Positions 52,884-64,000 of a DNA stretch of 64,000 bases are shown one piece after another (position 1 is the stretch's first letter; each line of letters begins with the position of its first letter). Position numbers and translations under genes: made by a program. The notes under the pieces are model-generated. The model ran no database searches. It saw nothing but the letters and a program-made list of their open reading frames with translations, and had not been told where the DNA came from. Source of the stretch: Antedon mediterranea (lineage: Eukaryota; Animalia; Echinodermata); assembly GCF_964355755.1 (NCBI RefSeq), contig NC_092676.1, positions 13,658,871 to 13,722,870 on the forward strand, written 5' to 3'.

Positions 52884-53160
52884 CTATCGCGATGTATCGC
52901 GAAGAGTAGACCTGGCCCTACTAGGCTAGAAGTGGTCAACTCGTACCCAAAATAACTCGTACCTATTCCCAACTTGGCTAACTCGTACCTCAACCAACTC
53001 GTACCCACACCAACTCGTACATACCTAATTTTTAAGCCTACGTTTTAACGGTAACGTGCACTGTATTTTCTTTATGATTTAAGCCGTAGGTCGCTTCTAC
53101 ATGTTAAATACAATATTGATATAAAGTTTGCGGTATGTTCTGAAAAGAACTGTTGAGTTT

Positions 53161-53211
53161 CTCGACGTTTCGAACAATATAGGCCTACAGTACTTTGATC
53201 GTCCTCAAGAG
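53161..53211 (-). ncRNA. Degenerate minimal hammerhead ribozyme motif (Penelope pLTR-like)
   Basis: CTC-TTGAGGA-C-GATCA...TGTTC-GAAA-CG-TC-GAG. Confidence 0.45.
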
Positions 53212-54339
53212 TGAGAATGCAGAAAGTCCAGGAAACTTGGAATATAAGTGGGAAGGGTGGGACTGGTGTGAAAGCCAGAAACAATGGCAAGTTCACACAG
53301 TGGGAGGGATTGAAACTAGCTATAGCAGAGCATTGTTTCTCAAGAACAATAGTGAATGGAAACTTGCTATAGAAGAGCATTGTTTCTGAAAGGTGTGAAA
53401 AGCAGGGTGAGACAAGCTAAAAACAATAGCATTGTCTTAAAGTTGGGTGTGGACTGGCCAAACAAGACCATGTGTCCAGACTGGGTTGTGAAATGTAAAC
53501 TTTATATCAACATTCGATTTCGCCATGCAAACCTTCAAACAATAAATACAATAGGGTGTATTAGTAAGAAAACGTACATAGTTATCAATTTTAATAATAC
53601 TCCAGTATTTCAAATGACCTACCTTCTGATTAATAATGGAATGATCCAAATGACCTACCAACCAATCATTTGATCTGAGTTTTCTAGATCTAAAAAAGTC
53701 AGATCTGAGTTTTCTAGATCTAGAAAAGTCAGATATCTGAGTTTTCTAGATCTAGAAAACTCAGATATATCTGAGATCTGAGTTTTCTAGATCTGAGTTT
53801 TCTAGACACCCATTTTTTTTTCTAATATTAACATATAACTATCAGTTTTTAACAAAAAAATAAAAGATCTTATGCAAACTGATGTTTTCATGAACATATA
53901 GACACAATAAACAGGAAAATTGAAGTTAAAGATTAACAAAAAAAATAACTATGCTGTGTATTATGAAGAAATTTGTTGTTTTTAGTAATTTGTAATCGTT
54001 TACAATTAGGGGGTAGGGGGTAACATTTATGCGAATAACTTACAATTTAGTTAACAGATTTGCATTTTCTTGCTATCAGTATGTAGTGTATAGATTGCCT
54101 AATTGTAATATACTTTTTAAAAATGAATCCGTAGGCGGTGTTATGTAATCTTAAAAATGACTATTAAGCTGTACAATTGGCATTGCTATCATGGATTTCT
54201 GAAAAGTAGACATACTAAGCTTTCCAAAAATGTATGATAGCATTTGCATTTGATATCGAAAAATGTCTGGCCCATGGACTAGTATCAGTGATGGATGGTT
54301 TTGATTGATGATGGTGTCATCTCCATCCATCACATATTG

Positions 54340-54666
54340 TTAAAATGGTACTGCTAATTTGAACAGAAAAAAACTTTCCTGCTTATATCCGTTAACCAGA
54401 GCTTTTGCTGTGGCTTGCCACTTTTCTTTGCTCATATTATCCCGTAGACAGTGTACCTTGAGATGTTCTCCCACAGTATACAAATTGAAGTCTTCTCCAA
54501 GTTCAAGTTGGCCCTTAGGCATCACCATTTCAACCTCAATGCGACAATTAAGGTCAGTATTGATAAAGAAATCTGTAAGTTCTTTCAGAGCATGGCCTCG
54601 GTGAAGCCTTACTTTGGTATAGTTGGGAATGACAGGATTTCCACTCTCATCCTCATAATTTGACAA
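54340..54666 (-). pseudogene. HECT/G2E3-like domain fragment, probably transposon-associated
   Basis: LHRGHALKEL..ELGED..VGEHLKV..LRDNM...WQATAKALVNGYKQ..F..KLAVPF; apparently internally deleted. Confidence 0.45.
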
Positions 54667-55109
54667 ATCATTGATTATATAGACAGACCTTCATTCGTAA
54701 CGTGATAATTCAACAAATCATTGGCTATGGGAAGATTATTGGCTACTACTTGCTTGCACAGTCGGTGTCCCTAGATCCACAAAGGTATTAGCACCACTGT
54801 CAGTTGAAGTAATATCAGACATATCTATCGGAAGTAAATCTTTTCCCATTTCACTTTCCATCCATGCACTGCTGGTTGATGGTTTATCTATTCCAATCGA
54901 GCCTCTTGAAGTAGCAATTAAGTAGAACCTTAATAGAGGGAGGCCTGTTGATTCATGAAGCTCTCCTATTGTTTCGCTTTCGCTCATTGCTTTTTCTTAG
55001 AAGTTTTGAAGATCAAATGTTCCACCGGTCCAAATTTATTTCCAGCTGCAAAAAAGAATCCTTAACCTTTGCCACTACATCTTTCTTCAAAGATCTCTTC
55101 TGGAATAGA

Positions 55110-56600
55110 TATCAGAGTAGAAGAACGCCAGGGAAGGTGGAATGCTTATATTAAAGTCAGAAATGAGACAAATAAGGCAATAAAAAAAGCGAAGAAAAGT
55201 TTTGAATGCAAGTTGGCATCCGAGATAAAAGTGAATCCTAAAAGTTTCTGGAAATACTATAAGGAGAAAACTGGCAAAAAGACGGGCATTTCTGCATTAA
55301 AAGACGAGAGACAGATATGGAGGATAATAAACTATTTTGTAACGAACAACATAGGTTTCGCAAGGGAAGATCCTGCAACACGCAACTGCTTCAGTTCACT
55401 GAGAAATGGTCTTCAATGATAGATGAAGGACACTCTGTCGATATCTTGTACTGTGATTTTCAAAAAGCTTTTGACTCTGTTCCACATGAAAGACTTCTCC
55501 ATAAAATGCATACATATGGTATTCGTGGTGAATTGTTGAAATGGACTAAAATATACTTGTCAAATCGTGTCCAGCGAGTGGTGGTAAATGGCGCAGTTTC
55601 TGATTGGATATCGGTCCAGGGTGGTATTCCTCAAGGAAGTGTATATGGTGTAATTTGCTTTACAATATTTATCAACGATCTGCCTCAATCAGTTAAGTCA
55701 CCTCTTTTTTTGTTTGCTGATGATTCAAAGACATACAAAGCTGTTGATTCAGATATAGATGCTCTTGATTTTCAGGCGGACATTGATAAGATGTATAAAT
55801 GGTCAGTAAAGTGGCAGTTGCATCTCGGTAAAACATCCTTGAACACAACATACTTTATGGGAACAGGTTCAGATAGAATTCAGTTAGGAGTTGTAACTCA
55901 GATGAGAGATCTTGGTGTTTTAGAATAAATTGAATTTTCATGATCATATTGTTGAAGTTGTTAAAAAGGCTAACTCTAGACTTGGTTTAATTAAGAGAAC
56001 CTTTGAATATTTAGACAGTCATTTAGTCTCTATCCTTTATAAATCAATGGTTAGACCGATTTTAGAATATTCTAGTACGGCTTGTCTTCCTCAGTTTGTT
56101 GGTGATTCAATTCTCTTAGAAAAAGTTCAGCAAAGAGCCACAAAACTTGCTGTTGAAATTAAAACTTGCTGTTGAAATTAAAACTCAACCTAGTGACCGC
56201 ATAAAATTTATAAAACTGCCATCATTAGCATTTCGAGGAAAGAGGTCTTGCTGCTTACAGATTTTTAGAATGATACAAAAGTATGATAATGTTAATCTGG
56301 GTGTCTTTTTTGAATTAGCACCATCTACTGTAACTAGAGGCCACAATTTTAAAATTCAAAAAGTTCATAGTAAATCGAAACACAGACAGAAATTCTTTTC
56401 AATATCTGCAGTAAATGATTGGAATAGTTTGCCATATCATAATAGTAAATGCATCCTCTATCAATAATTTTAAAACCCATCTTGAAACACACTGGAAAAC
56501 CCACAACCTAAAGTTTGAGCCATATAACCAAGATGTTCAAAGAGGGACTCGCAAACCTTAACAGGTTTATAGTCTAAAGGTCAAGGTAAATCAAGGTAAT
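55110..56600 (+). mobile_element. CR1-type LINE, 5'-truncated and decayed RT
   Basis: NPKSFWKY, QHRFRKGRSC, DFQKAFDSVPH, GIPQGSV, LFADD, YKSMVRPILEY, TRGHNFK; TCAAGGTAA repeat tail. Confidence 0.9.
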
Positions 56601-56619
56601 TAACGTCGACAGGAAACCA

Positions 56620-57797
56620 GGCTTAAGAGAAAATTAAAATTTGGAAATTAGGTAACCATGGTATTTCAGAAGTAGATCACTATAAATATTTGGGCGTATA
56701 TATATCTCGTAACCTCAATGATCACTTTCATATTGATAATGTAATTAAGAAAGGGAATCGCCTTATTGTGTATATAAAATTCATTATTGACAATTGTAAT
56801 AACTTAAATCGAGTATATTATGGTAATATCTTGTGGAAAGCAATCGCTCTTCCTTCAATTAACTATGCATGTTCTGTGTGGTGCGGTAGTAGTTGCGATA
56901 CCGATAAACTTGAACGGTTGCAACTTCAAATGGCCCGATGCATTTTGAAAGCATCTCGCAATACACCACGAACAGCATTATACGGTGATCTTAACCGAGG
57001 CCGAGGTTATTAGCCTACTTGATTCTTTAATTGCCTTCAATTTTAATGACTTCAATTATAAGATTCTAAGCTGTATAGAAAATATATTTAAGAAAGGTAA
57101 CGCAAATGATATATTTGATTGTATTCGTAACTCCAAAGATATTCCAAATACATTCTGGCCGTCTGTAGTCAAACAAGCCCTTAGTGGAGCTTCAATTCAA
57201 AATTGGAGTGAAGAAGTAGGCCTAACCAGTAAGTCTTCACTTAGTGATTATAGTACATTAAAAACAATTCCTAATCTTGAGAATTACTTGTTAGATAATA
57301 CATAATCTTAAGTTTAAATTACGATCAAATACTCTTCCGCTTGAAGGTAGAATATGTAATTGGACACCAGAATGTAATGGTTTGTGTAAACTTTGTAGTG
57401 ATAATTGTAAAGAAAATATCAGACACTTTCTATTTGAATGTCCTGCGTTCAATGAGATAAGGACCGACGAAAATACAAGGTTAAAGTTACAACTGCAATC
57501 ATTTGATTATAATGAAATTTGGGAACACTGACGTTAAATTACATCTTACTCTGGGAAGTGATAATTATCTCTTCAGCAAGGAAGTTATGAATATTCTTGA
57601 TAGGTTTTGTAAAGAAGGTGTTAAAAGATTATGGAAAAAGCGCTCTCAATTAATTAATCCAAAAAATAGATAAATTAAGAGGCGTCTGGTTCTGTATTGC
57701 AGTGTAATTTGGTAATAGTTAAATTAGGTTTAGTTTTTTAGATAACTAACTATTTATGAATAAGTGCATTTTGTAGGATTGTAGATAATAAATAAAT
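56620..57797 (+). mobile_element. Non-LTR retrotransposon ORF2 3' fragment
   Basis: YKYLGVYI, ALPSINYACSVW, KLRSNTLPL and C-terminal CKLC..ENIRHFLFEC zinc finger; ends AATAAATAAA. Confidence 0.75.
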
Positions 57798-57831
57798 CAT
57801 TTTGTTTGACAAATCCAAAAGAAATTACTCA

Positions 57832-57877
57832 CATTCTTTAGCTTTCGCCATCTTGGCTGATGGCTTGATCACAAGTG
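57832..57877 (-). ncRNA. Minimal hammerhead ribozyme, inverted copy
   Basis: Reverse complement of 58131-58176 with one flank difference. Confidence 0.7.
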
Positions 57878-58130
57878 ATCCGGTCCACTACTACCATGCA
57901 GCGCAAGAAAACCATATCATCGATTGGGAGGGGGAAAAAATTCTTGACAGAGACTCTAACCCATTCAAGCGTAGAATCAGAGAGGCAATCCAAATCAGAA
58001 AGAGGGGGACTAACGCAATCAACCGCGACGAAGGGGCTGTATATCTCGATCACGTATACACATCACTGCTACGAAAAAGTATGACGTCACCTAGAAACAA
58101 TAACAACAGATTAGTAGTAGTGGACCGGAT

Positions 58131-58176
58131 CACTTGTGATCAAGCCATCAGCCAAGATGGCGAAAGCTAAAGAGTG
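58131..58176 (+). ncRNA. Minimal type I hammerhead ribozyme, G3-C8 variant
   Basis: CTT-GTGATCA-A-GCCATC-AGCCAA-GATGGC-GAAA-GC-TA-AAG. Confidence 0.75.
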
Positions 58177-58849
58177 TGAGTAATTTCTTTTGGATTTGTC
58201 AAACAAAATGATTTATTTAACTAATTATTTAAAAGTGTCTGTTAATTGTTTTTCGTCATAATAATTCTTTTACTTTTGCCTATTTATATTTGTATAAACA
58301 GTTACTGTAAATACAATAGTGACCCAGGTATTCATATTAACAGTTATGGTCTAAGTGGTTGCATAAACAATTATACTGGTTCTATATCTAATTAGGTATT
58401 TCTTGTTTTTTAACACTGTTTATTATATTTTTCCTATTGTAATTTATGGTGAAAATAATGTTGTAATTATATTTCCTTCATGTTGTACGTAAGGTGGGGG
58501 GAGGGGGTGGTATTAGTGATTGGTTTTCTAGATTAAGAGTAATCATGTACTGTATTTAAATTACATGTTGTAGGCCCTACTTGTTATATTTGGAGATTTG
58601 GAGAAGGGAGGGGAATGAATGCGTTTTATTACATGTTACGGTATGTAGATTAAATAAGATTACCTATGTTTTTGTCTATTTTGTGCTTTCATTTATTATA
58701 TATTTTTGTTGGACGCACCTTCAAAATGTGAAGTGTGCCACTGTTACAAAAGTGAAGTTCCGAAATGAATGATTAAATTATTATTATTAGGCCTATTGTA
58801 CTAGTAGACCGGCAGCCCAGAGACATTTGGTTAGATGAGCTAGGTACCA

Positions 58850-59225
58850 ATATCTGAGACTCCATTCCCCCAACTGGCCTAGCTTAGATATTGTAGATAC
58901 CACCAGCAAGCAATGTTATATGATTTAGCACATTGTAAGAAATACCAAATGACCTTATTACAGACTATCTGTACACTGCCTTGGCCCTGGCAGACCCCTC
59001 TAAAGTTAGACTAGAGACCCCCTTTCCCCAACTATTCCAGCTTAGATATTGTAAATACCACCAGCAACCAATGTTATATGATTTAGCACATTGTAAGCAA
59101 TACCAAATGACCTATTACAGACTATCTGTACACTGCCTTGGCACTGGCAGACCCATCTAAAGTTCGACTAGAGACCCCATTTACCCCAAGTATATAGCCT
59201 ACCTTAGATATTGTAGATCCTGCCA
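58850..59225. repeat. ~160-bp tandem repeat, ~2.3 copies
   Basis: CTTAGATATTGTA..ACCACCAGCAA..CAGACTATCTGTACACTGCCTTGG repeated. Confidence 0.8.
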
Positions 59226-59625
59226 GCAGCAGCAAAAAAAAACCACCCAAAACAACATGTTTAATTGAATAAAGTTTAACTTTAATCGAACTAACACAAA
59301 ACAATTGAAAATATATCACATCAATGACGATAAAATGACCATTACCATTCTAAAGGGAAAATAGTTTAAGAGTTTCAATTAAGACTTATATATTATAAGC
59401 CAAATAATATATATAACAAGTATGGATTCGGATAAATTTAGCATTCCTTGCCTTTGGATGTCAAAGATACATCCGTCTGTAACTCTTGGACATATTTTAA
59501 GAGAAAGCTTAGTAATCACCTTAATCAAATTCAGGATTGTAGTAACTTAATAATATAAAGTGATTTGATTAATTCATAGTGGGTAATTTTAAATGCTGTA
59601 TATTATAATCTTAATCCTGTATTCA

Positions 59626-59629
<4 letters not shown>

Positions 59630-59669
<40 letters not shown>
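59630..59669. repeat. (TA)n microsatellite
   Basis: About 20 TA units. Confidence 0.95.
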
Positions 59670-59672
<3 letters not shown>

Positions 59673-59778
59673 ACATCAGGCAAGAACATTAATTCTAAAC
59701 CGCCCGGTGATATACTGAAATTTAATTAATTAATTTGAAACGATAAAGATGAGGAAATCTGTGAGAATGAGAAAAAGT

Positions 59779-59850
59779 CGCCCCAACCGAGACTCGAACT
59801 CGGACCGTCTGCTTGATATGCAGTTGTCCTAACCATTAGACCACTGGGGC
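59779..59850 (-). pseudogene. tRNA-Asp-like sequence, probably a SINE head
   Basis: 72-nt cloverleaf with A and B boxes, perfect T stem, anticodon ATC, A32, A-A mismatch in the anticodon stem, followed by T5. Confidence 0.7.
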
Positions 59851-61600
59851 TTTCATGGTATTGTTCAAACTCGATTGGATAGAATATATATATATTTATA
59901 TAGATGCGTTGAGGCTGCAAACGTGCTCAATTGGAATCAAGAGCGAATATATATAAAGTAGATGGAACACGGACGTCTATTACATGGTGTTTCACGTTAA
60001 ACGATCTTCAGATAGACTGAACAATACCGTATCTCGATCGAAAAAAATATTTAAAAAAAATTATATATATATATAATTTTAATTTCTTTTTATGTACTTT
60101 ATTTATGTAGATATGTAGTACTGTATCTATTAAAAAAGGTATTTTAACAAAATTAGAGTTCTCAATGAGATCCAAATTGGCAATTGCCGCAAAATCCTCA
60201 CTGAGTTTTACGTTGAAATTCACTCTAGAACTAAGAAGTTGAAAAGAGAACTTCCTGCATCCTAGGATTATCGCCAATGACAGCCGTAAACAATCAACGG
60301 TAATGGCCCGAAGGGAACATCACAAATTTGGTCTACCTGCAGACTTGGTCATTTCAACACAAATGACTCTACCTTCGGATGACTTCAGGGCTTTTAGGAA
60401 ACCCTGCAGAAGGTTCGTTGGGACTTATAACAAGAATAACAGAGCAACACCTCTGATTCAGTTGTTGAAATTAATTGTCGACTTTCCGAAGGAGAGAAAA
60501 AACTTCTTTCCCGAGGACTTAAATTCTGCCCAAAACCAAGGCAGGTCGGCGCACAACAACTATCTTTGGATATAGAGTCTTTCTCTAGAAGATTACGATT
60601 ACGTGAATATTTTGCTGATTCAGACAGCAGCACCACGCAAAACGAAGGCAACGTTAACAAATTTAAACCAAAAATTTCCTGGAATCCACCTAAAAATCGT
60701 TGTCCAGCTTTAGAAACATTTATCCACAGGCTATTGAGGAGGATGTACAAAACTACGTCCCGATTCCAGATAAACGTGACAATCTCTCAAAACAAGAGAG
60801 GCAGGCCATTGTCAAATTGCGGCAGCGTAATGATATCATCATTAAAAACCCGCTGATAAAGGTTCTGCCACTGTTGCTATGGACATCAAATTTTATTAAG
60901 AGGAATCCTTAAGACAGCTAAACAATCCTCTTCATTATATATCGTAAACTCACAACGGAACCCACCCCGGAAATTGCGGATAAGGTGGCAAAATCTGTTT
61001 CTGTGATGGTAAAAAAACACTCCATAGATCCTAAGATTGGAACTCATTTGGCACAGGTCAATCCAGTGTCCAGGCAGATTTATTTCCTACCTATAAAATC
61101 CACAAAGCAGGCAATCCTGGTAGACCCATTATTTCGGGCAATGGCACTGCTACAGAAAAAATTTCTGAATATGGGGATGATTTATTTAGACCATATGTGA
61201 CTGATCTCCCTTCATACATTCAGGACTCCACGGACTTTATCCGCAAAATTCAAAATTTGACTAATAATTCTGTTCTGGCTACATTAGATGTTTCATCGTT
61301 GTATACTAATATCCCTCACGAAGAAGGAGCCGACGCATGTATTTTAAATTACAAACACATTCCAGGCAAAACGCCTACTAAAGCTCATTTATGAGAACTG
61401 GTCATATTGATTTTAACCAACAATTTTATTTTTGGAAATGACCATTACCTTTAAATTCATGGCACAGCGATGGGCACAAAAATGGCGCCATCTTTTGCAA
61501 ATTTATTTATGGGACAATTTGAGGCCAAATTTCTGTTCCTCTAACCTAATAAACCACTTTTTTGGTTTTATTTATTTATTCAAGATCCAACAGTGTCTAG

Positions 61601-62280
61601 AAACAAGGCCAACAGCCATTAAGTCGCGTGCTACAATGCATAGTGATACCGGACCGACAGACAGACCGACCGACCAACCGACATAGTGAACTATACTGAC
61701 CGAAATTACTGAACATGTTTAAAAATGTTGAAATGTTTAAAAACGTATATATTTTTTTAATTTACACGTGCGTAGCCTGTCACTTTTGACGTGCTCGTAT
61801 AACGTAATTTCGAGTTGAAAAGTAAGTCAAGAAAACAGAAATCGGGCAAAAAGAGTGCGCAATAACATTTAACGCGCAGTGCGCGCTCAAAAACCTGCGC
61901 ACTCATAGCAATTTTGTAAACGCTTAAAATTGCCTGAAACGTACTCTTATTTCATCGAAAATAAATTTTGAAAATTTTAAGCGCGCGTACGCATGCGTTA
62001 CATGCGCTACGCACGTAATTGTATTGCCATATGATTCATGCCCTGAAATTTATGAGTACCAAATTTTATTTAATTGTGATTCATGGTTGTGAAGATATGA
62101 TTACAAACGTGATTTCGTTAAATCGTGCGTAGACCGCGTAATTTTTTATTGCGCACCGTGAAAACATAACCACATCGATTCCTGGCCATAAGGAATATTC
62201 TGCGAAAAATTGACTTAGCTAGATTAAACTGATATCAAGATAAGGTCAGAAAGCGATAAAACGCATAGTGATACCGGACC

Positions 62281-62311
<31 letters not shown>

Positions 62312-62360
62312 CAACCGACCGACATAGTGAACTATAGAGTCGCGTCCACGCGAATAAAAA
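61601..62360 (-). mobile_element. Long DINE-1-like HINE (family 2) inserted in the Penelope RT
   Basis: Same ends as 42338-42475 in reverse, (GACA)n microsatellite, sits just before RYIDD. Confidence 0.75.
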
Positions 62361-62539
62361 CACCAAAAAGGGATCGCTATAAAATATATATTTAGATACA
62401 TTGACGACATCTTCATGATCTGGACCCATGGTGGAGATAATTTGGAATTTTTTCTTCTCAAGATTAATTCAGACCACCCAACTATCAAATTTACAGTTAC
62501 CAAATCCACTAGTAGCGTTGATTTTGTGGACACTATAGT

Positions 62540-62813
62540 AGGGAGGTTTCGCAACCTTACGAATACGATAACGAAAACGGATACGTCACACATTTGTGAA
62601 ACTTTTGAGCTGATCCCCATTTCATATTCGTAAAGCGTATTCGTGTTGACGAATATCACCAGTCATATTCGTAACTACAAAACGAGTATTTTGGACGGCG
62701 CCCTCAATATTTCGTTCCCATGCGAAACAGATTTTTACTGGCTTACGAAAACGAATACGTGTGCGTGATGTATCCGTTTTCGTTATCGTATTCGTAAGAT
62801 TGCGAACCTCTCT
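62540..62813. mobile_element. PIF/Harbinger-like MITE
   Basis: ~45-bp TIR AGGGAGGTTTCGCAACCTTACGAATACGATAACG; 3-bp TSD AGT; removal restores VDTIVTIENG. Confidence 0.8.
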
Positions 62814-63961
62814 AGTGACCATAGAAAATGGTACAGTACTCTAAAAACTGACCTATTCCGTAAACCCACGGATAAAAATATGTACCTGCTCCCTTGTCAT
62901 CCCCAACACTGTACTAAAAACATACCGAACATGCAGTAAAGCATTACGTATCAGACGTATCTGTTCTTCAGATTTAGATTTTCGAAGAACTAACCGGACA
63001 TCTCCGGAATAGAAATTACAAGAAGGAATACATCGAAACTACTATAAAGAAAGCAAAAGATATTCCTCGATTTCAAACACTGACGTACAAACCACGTCAG
63101 CAAAGTTCGACCAGAGTGCCATTGGTCACAACCTATCACCCTAGGTTGCCTCCATTACGGGCTATTAAATTGAGAAACATATGCCAATTCTACAGTCCAC
63201 AGAACGTCTCATGACTGTTTTTCCGGAACCACTCATTATTGCATTTCGTAGACCTCCCAACCTTCGTGATATATTAGTCAGATCCAAATTTAAGAGTGAA
63301 ATTAACTCTCATGACAGTCAAAATTTGGGCAGTCACCTTTGCGGCAAATCTTGCCAAACTTGTTCATTGGTTGATTCTACTGAAAAATTTAGAGTAACCA
63401 AACTGGCCGCATTTTTCGGATAAGACAATCAATATTGTCTAACCAAAAACGTCATTTATCTCATATACTGTAATATTTGTGGCAAACAGTACGTCGGAGA
63501 AACAAAAAACACACTCCGTATGAGAATGACACAACACAGATCAGCTATCAAAACATTAAAGCTTGATCAACCTGTAGCCGAACATTTTAATTCAGCTGGT
63601 CACTCGATTGCAAATTTCAGAGTTATGGCAATATTCCATGATGTCAAATGGAGCGACAAAACTCGCAAAGACAAGGAAAACCACAAAACATTTTGTACTT
63701 AACATTAGAAACATACTCCCAGGTTGGTAAAATTATTCCATTGTCTACCAAAATTTAAGTTTCAATATTAACCACCATTTAAGCTGTTTTTTTTAGTTTC
63801 ATTCCAAAATTGTTTATACTGTATCTCTACCAAGCTACCTTCTTTCTACTCTTATTCAGACTCCACCCTGTCTCTCCTTTTGTTGTATTTCTTTTATTCC
63901 TGTCCACCCAGGCAGCACTTGCCAGTTCTTATACTATGAAGTTATCCAAATTCCTTCACTT

Positions 63962-63998
63962 GCAATGATGAAGGGCTAGTGTTGCCCGAAAGCTCTGC
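63962..63998 (+). ncRNA. Minimal hammerhead ribozyme motif at the Penelope 3' end (C3 position is A)
   Basis: GCA-ATGATGA-A-GGGC-TAGTGTT-GCCC-GAAA-GC-TC-TGC. Confidence 0.7.
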
Positions 63999-64000
63999 TA

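Larger units (their letters stand above)
49260..53811. mobile_element. Palindromic element family D, left end missing
   Basis: AGATCTGAGTTTTCTAG repeats at 49260-49355 and 53670-53811; right end TCTAGACACCC. Confidence 0.7.
57790..58218 (+). mobile_element. Penelope-like 3' fragment bracketed by inverted pLTRs
   Basis: GIY-YIG C-terminus (HIIDWEGEKILD..RRIREAIQI..INRDEG); ~104-bp inverted arms 57790-57893 and 58115-58218. Confidence 0.85.
60200..64000 (+). mobile_element. Decayed Penelope-like retroelement (RT plus GIY-YIG), near full length
   Basis: LLSRGLKFCP, ADKG, KIHK..NPGRPIIS, LDVSSLYTNIP, GTAMGTKMAPSFANLFM, RYIDD, Cys linker CGKSCQTC, NVIYLIYCNICGKQYVGET; many frameshifts; 5' boundary approximate. 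Confidence 0.9.

Noticed and set aside
59779-59850. Functional tRNA gene
   Set aside because: ATC anticodon, A32, anticodon stem mismatch and related repeat copies favour a SINE head or pseudogene.

Overview
AT-rich eukaryotic (probably marine invertebrate) DNA made almost entirely of nested transposable elements; I found no intact host gene. Main contents: (1) a very young 8.4-kb Ty3/Gypsy LTR retrotransposon (20226-28625, minus) with 1014-bp near-identical LTRs, a tRNA-Arg PBS, a GGGAAAC frameshift site and an apparent intron inside each LTR, inserted in one arm of a ~17.8-kb inverted duplication; (2) four different palindromic MITE families sharing GGGTGT...ACACCC ends, with 10-bp TSDs where both ends survive; (3) P-like MITEs repeatedly hitting one short motif; (4) Helentron/HINE and tandem Helitron rolling-circle elements; (5) decayed Gypsy, L1/Tx1, CR1 and Penelope elements, the last carrying minimal hammerhead ribozyme motifs including a G3-C8 compensated core variant; (6) Merlin, MULE, Academ-like and HECT-like coding remnants and a tRNA-like SINE head. 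Coordinates were read by eye; family names come from motif recognition, not database searches.
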